Of a stretch of DNA of 64,000 nt, positions 54,263 through 64,000 are shown one piece after another; position 1 is the first letter of the stretch; every line of letters starts with the position of its first letter. This DNA comes from Octopus vulgaris (Eukaryota): contig OX597816.1 in NCBI GenBank assembly GCA_951406725.2, positions 44,764,001 to 44,828,000 of the forward strand, in the 5' to 3' direction. A program made the translations under genes and the position numbers. Below the pieces are notes generated by a model that had not been told where the DNA came from, ran no database searches, and worked only from the letters and a program-made list of their open reading frames with translations.

Positions 54263-54385
54263 GTCCCCGTAACTTAGCGATCCGACGAAAGAGACCGATA
54301 GATTAAGAGCCAGGCTTTAAAATTTTAAAAGAAAGTCCAGGGGTCGTTTCATTCGACTAATATTTTTCAAGGCGGTGCTCCAGCA
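54263..54385 (+). mobile_element. SINE family A, 3' fragment
   Basis: GTCCCCGTAACTTAGCG...GGCGGTGCTCCAGCA. Confidence 0.75.
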
Positions 54386-54685
54386 ACACTTTCAACAACT
54401 AGACCACACGCCTTCGTATACGTCTCGTTTATGTGTGTGTATGTATATATATTAGCCGGTGTTTTTCAAACGATGAATAGCTTTGCGTAACCCATGGTCC
54501 GTTTTGTTCTCTTACTTTATTATCATCTTATAATCATCTCATAATAATGACCTTTTATGACTCGTATTACTACCTCAGTTAATCTAAATGTATATATTTG
54601 TCGTTACCTGTTATAAATAGCCTTTTTTTATTTGCAATATGCATTTTCGTTGATTTTTCATATTTTACCCCTATATATATATACA

Positions 54686-55070
54686 GTGGAGACGCAATGG
54701 TCCAGTGGTTATGGCAGCGGACTCACGGTCATAGGATCGCGGTTTCGATTCCCAGACCGGGCGTTGTGAGTGTTTATTGAGAGAAAACACCTAAAGCTCC
54801 ACGAGGCTCCGGCAGGGGATGGTGGCGAACCCTGCTGTACTCTTTCATCATAACTGTTTCTCACTCTTACTTCCTGTTTCTGCTGTACCTGTAATTCAAA
54901 GGGCCAGCCTTGTCACACTCTGTGTCACGCTGAATATCCTCGAGAACTAAGTTAAGGGTACACGAGTCTGTGGACTGCTCAGCCACTTGCTCGTTAATTT
55001 CACGAGCAGGCTGTTCCGTTGATCAGATCAACTGGAACCCACGTCGTCGTAAGCGACAGAATGCCAACAA
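54686..55070 (+). mobile_element. SINE family B, head H2 + tail T1
   Basis: Reverse complement of 35487-35872, more diverged. Confidence 0.9.
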
Positions 55071-55526
55071 TGTACATACAGGTGTCTATGTTTGTGCATA
55101 GCTGACCGCAGTTTTAAAACTGAAACAATATAAAGATATATATATATATATATTTATGTATATATATATATATAGACTTATATATATATATATATGTATG
55201 TATGTATGTATGCATGCATGTATGTATGTGTGCATGTATGTATGTCTATGAGTTATTTTTGTAGAAATAATTTAATCAGGCATGCTAGTAATTTGTGAGT
55301 TCATTGTATAGTAATGTGTGCAATTATCGCTATGATTAATGATGTGCAGGTGTGTTAGACTAAAGGTGTAAGATATGGTAGAGTCACGAGAATCGATTTA
55401 GTGAAACCAAACACATACGTTCAAACATATGTGTCTGTGTGCGTGTGTATGCGTATGCGTGTGTGTCTATATTGATGTATGTATATTGATGTGGGTATAG
55501 TTCCAAAAACAAACATTTCGAAAGGT

Positions 55527-55584
<58 letters not shown>

Positions 55585-55630
55585 CTCCAGATATATAAGT
55601 ATATACCTTTATATATATATATATAATATA

Positions 55631-55692
<62 letters not shown>

Positions 55693-56741
55693 GTGTATAT
55701 TCGCACGCACACATCGCTCGTGCTTGCTTACTTACGTGCGTGCTTGCGTGTGTGCGTGCGTGTGTGCGTGCGTGCGTGCGTGCATGCGTGCGTGAGTACG
55801 AGCGTGCGTGCATGCGTGCGTGCATGCGTGCGTGAGTACGAGCGTGCGTGCATGCGTGAGTGAGTGCGTGCGTGCATGCGTGCGTGCGTGTAGACATGTA
55901 TGAGCTTCTACCTGTATTTGTGTATAAATTTATGTACATATGTATGTATATAGTTCGAAATGCTTAATCGTTTGCGATGTGGTTCTTGCTTCCTTCCTTT
56001 CTCTCTTTCTTTCTTTCCTTTCTTTCGCTCCTCTTTTCTTCCTTTCTTTCTTTCCTTTTTCTTTCTTCCTCTCTTTCTTTATTCATCTCTTTATTTTTTT
56101 TTTTATTCAAGTCTTCTAGACGAACATAACAAAAGCTATTCAAACCGACCGAGAGAGAGGAAAACAAGAATAAATAAATAAATATATATATAAATATATA
56201 AATGAATAAATAAGCGAAAACAAAATGTATTTATAGATTTGTTAGTATTGATTAAATTACATTCTATAACCCTCTCTGATAATCGATAACAAATAATAAC
56301 AGTAAAAAGAAACTAACTCTAGCAGAGGCAACAATTGCTACAAAAACAACAGCTAAAACAACGGTACCTACGCCAACTACGTCGACATCAATATCCATAA
56401 AGCATTCTAGACAACAATGATAAGCATAGACAATAATATGTACATACAGCAGAATGGTTCCGTCTTCTAAAACACCGGAGAGGAGGGTGGATGCTGTAAA
56501 ATGTAAAGTTTTGTGTGTGTTTCGTGAGCAATTTTTCTTGTGTTGCTGGGGTTTTTTTTTTATATATTTTAAATAATATAAAGATGTCTTTGTTGTGTTT
56601 TTTTTTTGTTATTTTTCTCCTCTAATTCTTCGTCTCACGCTCTCGTCTTTTGCAACCATAATATACATTACAATATTACACACGTACACACACATACATA
56701 CAAACATACATACATACAAACATACACACACACGCATATAC

Positions 56742-56776
<35 letters not shown>

Positions 56777-57017
56777 TATACATGTGTGTGTGCGTCTGTG
56801 TATATATATATATATATATATACATGTATATATATGTGTGTGTATTCATATACATACATACACACACATAGACACATACGCACATCCATGCACATATATG
56901 TATATAAATGTATGTATGTATGCAAATACGTACGTACATATATATATATGGGGGGATGTGTATACACACATACACGCGCACGCACACACATATATAATAT
57001 AATGTATATAATATATA

Positions 57018-57093
<76 letters not shown>

Positions 57094-57348
57094 GCACATA
57101 TATACACATATACTCACGCTCCATTTCTTGCATTTCTCGTTAGCATCATATTATTATATTTACATAGCTTTCCTTCAAACCAATACAGCACACTCTCAAC
57201 TTCTTGGACAGAAACATATTCTGGTTTGTTCGAAATCTAGTTGCCGGTATAATAGCTACACTACGCCATGTTATTTTTACACCAATTTGCATTAAACAAT
57301 CTCGAGATACAGTTCTAAAAAGAAGAACTTTATATGCAATAGCATTCC

Positions 57349-57448
57349 GTTTCGGTTTACGATACACATTTGTTTCGGTTTACGATATACATTTGTTTCG
57401 GTTTACGATACACATTTGTTTCGGTTTACGATACACATTTGTTTCGGT
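57349..57448. repeat. 23-bp minisatellite, ~4.3 copies
   Basis: GTTTCGGTTTACGATACACATTT head-to-tail with no spacers. Confidence 0.9.
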
Positions 57449-57563
57449 GCCTGACAATGTGTATATTTTCAAACGTGTGAATTTTAAACTCTTTACCTTT
57501 ATTACCGTTCATGAAAACCATATGTCTAAGTATATGTCTTGTTTTATTACTTTATATATTCAT

Positions 57564-58030
57564 AGGCGCAGGCGTGGCCGTGGGGTGAAAAGCTTGCTTC
57601 CCAACCACATAGTTCCGGGTTCAGTCCCACTGTGTGACACCTTGGCCAAGTGTCTTCTGCTATAGCGCAGGATCGACCAAAGCTTTGTGAGTGGATTTGG
57701 TAGAAAGAAACTGAAGGAAGCCCTTCGTATATATATATATATTTATACATATATATACATATATATATGCATACATACATATATACATATATATATATAA
57801 ATGCATGTATTTATATATGTTTGGGTGTGTCTTTGTGTCTGTGTTTGTCCCCTCAACATCGCTTGACAATCGATGTTGGTGCATTTACGTCCCTGTAACT
57901 TAGCAGAGAACGATAGAGTAATTACTAGGCTTACAAATAATGAGTCCTGGGGTCGATTTCTTCGACTAAAATAACTCTTTAATGTGATGCACCAGCATGG
58001 CCACAATCAAATGGCTGAAATAAATAAAAG
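57564..58030 (+). mobile_element. SINE family A, diverged
   Basis: Matches 12393-12791. Confidence 0.85.
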
Positions 58031-58174
58031 AATATTTTATTTTTTTCAATGAATATGACTCCTTTTTATTTTAAGGGTTACTTGACTTCGTTATATAATT
58101 CAATAACTTTGTATGACTCAAATAAACGAACCTATGTTATAAAAATATTACTAGCAACATTATTGCTATATTTC

Positions 58175-59150
58175 CATCTTATCCACGGAGATGAAAGCAT
58201 CTTTGATACAGCTGCCTCGCATTACATCAATGCATTAGCGAGGTCTGGTTTTAAGAAAAAAAATTATCACTTACTTTGATTTCACGCCAGATAAACCTTC
58301 AAGCAATATAACTAAATGATTCCTTACACTAACTGACGACCACTTACCACGATCACATAAATACCTTTATTTTTTATCTTCTATCGTTTACTAGTTTCGG
58401 TCATTAGACTGCGGTCAGACTGGGGCACCGCCTTGAATTTTACTCGAATTAATCGACCCCAGTACTTATTCTTTAAGACCTAAAATTTATTCTATCGGTC
58501 TCTTTCAGCCAACTATCAACTTACAGGAATATAAACACACCAACACCGGTCGTCAAGTGATGCTGGGGAACTCACACTCAGGTGTCATGCAGTGAAACTG
58601 GACCCGGAACCATGCAGTTTGGAAACAAATTTCTTATAGCCCAGCCACACCTCAAAATATTTAATAAAAATCCAATAAAAGTTAGTTCTACTTGCTTACC
58701 CGGTATAGGATCACAAATATCTAGCCACAACAAATAAATTTAAGGACGTTCTCCTCCACCTCATCCCCACCTACAGCAGTGGTGCTACTGCAGATGCACC
58801 GGTAACCAGCCTCTTACAAAGATAACTTGAGGCAGAGCTGGTATACAGAGTCGGCATTTCCGATGTTTTGGAACATCAAGACGTATAATATTTTAACAAG
58901 AAACATCTTCAAGAATAGATTCATACACCACAGAGCTTCGTCCAAAAGTAAATAGAACTCGACGTCACTAATTAAATTCGTGTGGTGCTTAAAGACTGCA
59001 GAGTGAGTTACTTACTTATGAAGTGGAACATTATAACCAAAATTTATAAGTATTGGTCTTTAAAATACAGAACTTGTCAGTGAACATTCTCAACATGAGA
59101 GAAGAGACTGTGTCTCCTTGACCACACAGAAATACTTCAAATTATAAACC
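58175..59150 (+). pseudogene. Penelope-like retroelement relic (RT thumb + GIY-YIG endonuclease), interrupted by a SINE A at ~58385-58652
   Basis: In expected order: DESIFDTAASHYINALARSGF, KVSSTCLPGIGSQISSHNK, LVYRV, KTYNILTRNIFKNRFIHHRAS, NSTSLIKFVWCLK, KWNII, LCLLDHTE. Confidence 0.75.
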
Positions 59151-59863
59151 ACTCCGTGTGTAGAGATGTGAAAGGTATGTGCTTATGAGTGTTATCTATA
59201 TTTGCGTATGTGCGTTAGTAGTTAATATGAACCGTTGCACTCTAGACATACAGGTGTATGTATACTCATTTCAAATTATAACTTGTTTTTAATTTAATTT
59301 CGCTTTTAATCTATAACCACACGACGTTATTGCATTGTCTTTATATTGTGTATGTTTATATATTTGTGTGTTGTATGTTTTGTGTGTTTTGTGTGTTTCA
59401 CACCCTCGCTTCTTTCTTTCTCTTTCCTTCTTCCTCCTCCTCCTCCTCTCTCTCTCTCTCTATCTTTCTCTCTCTCTCTCTCTTTATTTTAACAGGTCAT
59501 CAGTCTGGTGGCAACGTTATAACGGATAGAAGCAAATAAGAGACTTTCTAATTATCTCAAAAGTTCCCATCACAACCATTCGTATTTTAAATTATAAAAA
59601 TATTTTACCGTGTTTTCTTGTCGTTGTTTTGTTAATCAAAACCATAAAGGATAAAATAAGAAGTTGCTTTTCCACCATTTGTGTTAATACCTAATTTGTA
59701 GTGCTTATCATGATTAACATAAAACTGAAAATTACGAGTGGAAAGTTGTTCAGATATAACTACACCAAACGTGTACTAAGGTTGAAGGTAGCTGACTTTA
59801 ATAAGAAGGAACGTTTTTATTTTGTAGTCCCAAGGACAGCAATGATAGGTCATTTATGCTTAA

Positions 59864-60256
59864 CTAGCAGTATCGCCCGGCGTTGCTCGGGTTTGTAAGG
59901 GAAATAACTATAAAGCATTTTTAGAGAGTTATAGCCAAAAAACAGCAAAAAATGCATTAAAAATGGAAAAAAATTATGGTAAATTTTTTTAAATCGTTGA
60001 CTCATCGTAGACATTTTTAGAGAGTTACTTCCCTTCATTTAAAAAATATGCTTTAAAATGGAAAAAAATTATGGTAAATTATTTTTAAAATCGTAGACTC
60101 ATCGTAGACGCGCGCTAATACCCAGAAGGGCTCGATGTGAATCACGACTATATGATACCCGGTTTTGGTTAAACTGCACCGCAAAATGTGGGAGTAGTTA
60201 GGAATCTAAATCGTAGGAGACAGACACTCACACAACTTCACTTTTATATATATAGA
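59864..60256 (-). mobile_element. non-autonomous Helitron, 393 bp
   Basis: Minus 5' TC, 3' hairpin CCCGAGCAACGCCGGG (59876-59891), CTAG end, A|T site, and an internal ~100-bp tandem duplication. Confidence 0.85.
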
Positions 60257-61244
60257 TTTGGATAAATATTCCTTTGATCCTTAGCATCTGATATGTTTGT
60301 CTCTATCGTGTTTTTTTTTTTCTATTTCTATTTTTATTTTTATTCATCTTTGCTCCATTTTTATCTTGCTATCATATCTTTTGTCCACCCATTGTTATCC
60401 CGTAGGACATTTAATGGTTCGATTAAATAATGTAGACGTTGAGCATTGGAATCAATGTAATCGACTTCTCTCTCCTCTCAAAATTGCTGGCTTTGTGCGA
60501 ATATTAAAAATAATTATCTCGGAGACATTCTTTTATAATTAATAAAGAACTAATATCCTGAGTATTTTTATTGTAATCCCTTTTTTCTTAACAACTAACA
60601 TGTTTTTTGTTGTTTTTTTTCTGTAAATGATTTTTAGTGCAACCTTCTTGCGCATAAATTTCATGGAGGCCATTTTTTAGGCAAGCTGTTATAAACTGGT
60701 CAGCATTCTACGTCAGTAATTTAATGCAATCTATTTTCCCTGTAGTCTACCACCTTTTTTTTCTTTAAAGTTCTAATGTATAATCATCTGATTGATCTAA
60801 TACATTTTTGTGTTAGGTTATCAGACGATAATGTTCTTTGAAGCATTGCTTCACGCGTCCTAGCTACCTGTTAATAATTTTGAACGCAGGTACATAGCCT
60901 TTCTACCATAAGCATAAGGCCAGAGTTTTCGAAATTTCTTTCATCTTATACGGTCTCTATTCGTAAAGATAAATGATGAATCTGCACATCTATGTGCTGG
61001 CCTTGGCGAGATTTTTTGTTGAAGACTGCCCGTAGTCGACACAGGAAAGTTTCTCTCTTCTCTGCGCCACCGATGTTTATCCAAGGAAAAGGCCGCTGAC
61101 TTAGGCCTATACAGATTGGAAATATTGTCGTCTCAGGCGTTGATGCCAGTATGTAAAAAACTAGAAGAGACACTACTTATCAAACTCAAACAGTCATGTC
61201 AGTTCGCTGTACTGAGTTTATATTTTCTTTTAACGAAGTCGGAA

Positions 61245-62065
61245 CGATGAAAGGTGGAACACACTTCGGCGGGATATGAACTTAGAACGAAGAATAGATA
61301 TGGCGCAGTGTTTTGTCCACTGTTCTAACGACTCTACAAATTCGCAGCCGTTCCGACTTTGTGCGAGAAATAATTTTTTTTAATATTTCTACAGATATTG
61401 ATTTCAAATTTCAGCGAAAAAAACAATAATTTCGAGGCAGGGGCTAAGTCGATTCCATCGACCCCGTTGCTCAACTGATACTTGTTTTATTGACCTTGAA
61501 GGGATGAAAGGCAAAGTCGAACTCAGCGGAATTTGAACTCAGAACGTAAAGATGAACGAAATACCGCGAAGCATTTTCCCCGGCGTGCTAACGATTCTTA
61601 TTTCTTTACTGCCCACAAGGGGCTACACACAGAGGGGACAAACAAGGACAGACAAACGGATTAAGTCGATTAGATCGACCCAGTGCGTAACTGGTACTTA
61701 ATTTATCGACCCCGAAAGGATGAAAGGCAAAGTCGACCTCGGCGGAATTTGAACACAGAACGTAGCGGCAGACGAAATACTGCTAAGCATTTCTCCCGGC
61801 GTGCTAACGATTCTGCCAGCTCGCCGCCTTTATAAATTTCTTTACTACCCACAAGGGGCAAAACACAGAGAGGACAAACAAGGACAGACAAATGGATTAA
61901 GTCGATTACATCGACCTTGGTGCGTAACTGGTACTTATTTAATCGACCCCGAACGGATGAAAGGCAAAGTCGACCTCGGCGGAATTTGAACTCAGAACGT
62001 AGCGGCAGACGAAATACTGCTAAGCATTTCGGCCGGCGTGCTAACGTTTCTGCAAGCTCTCAGCC
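61245..62065 (-). mobile_element. head-to-tail cluster of four SINE family C copies
   Basis: Copies at ~61245-61350, 61437-61598, 61601-61828 and 61837-62065. Head GGCGGCGAGCTGGCAGAATCGTTAGCAC, B-box-like GTTCAAATTCC. Confidence 0.85.
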
Positions 62066-63349
62066 TTCTATGTTTCTACTAATATTAAAATTTTCAGTTA
62101 TATTGAGTTTTTACAACGACTAGATCAGTAAGTCAATTATAAGGACGTGGTTAGGTACCGAAAAGATGTTGTGACCAATATGTCTGTGTTATATACTGCG
62201 AGAGGGGTGACCATAATTTTGTTAAAACATATTTTTAAAGTATTCATTTCTTGTTTTCTACTTGTGAACAGATTCGTCATATCTGCCATTTTCATCTTTC
62301 CAAAAAATATTTGTAATTCTCACCAAGCTGTGAAGGTGTTATTGTTAGGCCCATTATTTTCGGTTTCCTTGGCATGATAGAATTTTTTATTACTATTATT
62401 ATTTTTCGCTTTACCATCGTAAATGGTTATTTTTAACTCATAAATTTTCATTCAAATGTTTGCAGAGTGTTGGTTAATTATGTCCAACAGCATGTTAATG
62501 TGGTTAATACATGGGTCACAGCTTCAACTCGCTCACACACAAACACACACACACACATACACACCAAAGAAAAACAAAGATTAAAATGAAATTTCAAGTA
62601 ATACTTTCAACAAGCAATGATTTGTGAGCAGGTATGATAGTGAACTTCACACAAAAAAAGCAATATTAACAAGCATCCGCTTTGCTGAAAGCCATTTTGG
62701 TAATATATAATGTCAGAGTTAATTAGTTTGTTATAACTTCTCAGAAGTAAAGCTGTGTACCATGCCTTCATTACATTTTCTTTTTTAAACAGAATCTCAA
62801 CTTCAGCTAATTTTAAATCATTGCTCAGTCACTCATACGCTATGTCACAAAATGCCTCTGGTAGTCGCGACATATCACTATGACATTCGTTAGAGTTTTT
62901 TCTTCGTATTATTTCTTCTTGAATCATATTTATTTAGCTGCAGGTCATTCTTAGTTTAATAGACCTCTGTGGAAAGCCGTTACAGCCCTGCCTATCCTGT
63001 TTATTTTCAAATACAATATATAACTAGAGATAAATTACTCAACGCGTCCTTTTAATTTAACTGCTGTTTCTGGAAAGTCAATTGATGACGTAAAAGCAAT
63101 ATCCTACTCTGTTTTTAATTTACTTTCATAACAGACAGCCGCTTTAACTCCATCAATTCATCGGCAAAAAAAATTTGATAAAGTATTGAGTACCATATTT
63201 TGCATATGTGAGTCTTCTTCTGACTAAGAACACACAAGAATACATGTACATATTTGTGTGTGATTGTGATTGTGTACGCACACAAAACTCAAACAGGCTG
63301 ATGCATTACGTGAGCAAACTGCGCAAGCGGATACTGCAAAAATAGTCAC

Positions 63350-63410
<61 letters not shown>

Positions 63411-63447
63411 CAGACAGACATACAGACAGACAGACAGACAGAGCACG

Positions 63448-63478
<31 letters not shown>

Positions 63479-63533
63479 AGGCAGACAGACAGACGGACGA
63501 CGGACGGACGGACGGAGACAGACAGACGGACGG

Positions 63534-63565
<32 letters not shown>

Positions 63566-63930
63566 GGACGAACGAGCGGACACAGACAAACGGATGGAGA
63601 CAGACAAACGGACGGACGGACGGACGGAAACAAACAAACAGACGGACGGAGACAGACAAACAAACAGACAGACGGATGGGCGGATGGACGGAGACAGACA
63701 AACAGACAGACAGACGGATGGACGGATGGACGGAGACAGACTGACAGACTGACAGACAGACAGACAAACAGACGGACGGACGGACGGACGGAGACAAACA
63801 AACATACAGACAGACGGATGGACGGGCGGACGGAGAAAGATGGACAGACAGACTGGCAGACAGACAGACAGACAAGACGGACGGACGGACGGACGGAAGG
63901 ACGGAGACAAACAGGCAGATAGATACATAG
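63350..63930. repeat. compound tetranucleotide array (GATA/GACA/GACG)n
   Basis: Directly visible. Confidence 0.95.
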
Positions 63931-64000
63931 ATGATAGAAAGAGAGAGAGTGATACGTCATTTTAATAAAGAAAGCGCTTACATACACAATGCAAATGCTT

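Noticed and set aside
57349-57448. CRISPR-like 23-bp repeats
   Set aside because: Contiguous with no spacers, no cas genes, and a eukaryotic context.

Overview
AT-rich, microsatellite-saturated animal DNA with no intact protein-coding gene. It is probably intronic or intergenic, and the SINE families look like those of octopus/cephalopod genomes (recognition, not a database result). Most long ORFs in the track are microsatellite translations. Recognisable content: over 30 copies of three or four tRNA-headed SINE families with shuffled head and tail modules; three R4/Dong-type LINE relics; two CR1-like 3' ends; a gag/ORF1-like relic; two maT (DD37D) relics and one Tc1 relic; two non-autonomous Helitrons; an RTE-like non-autonomous family; and a decayed Penelope-like (GIY-YIG) element. 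The main signal is a set of short non-coding elements sitting in (TA)n/(TACA)n tracts that carry minimal type-I hammerhead ribozyme motifs. They occur as a 546-bp tandem dimer (33077-34032, one ribozyme per unit, retrozyme-like), as fold-back pairs (16921-17247, 50497-50657) and as ~200-bp monomers (34732-34931, 42266-42470, ~49000-49180). Ribozyme activity and mobilisation by Penelope-like elements are inferences. Many coordinates are hand-read and approximate.
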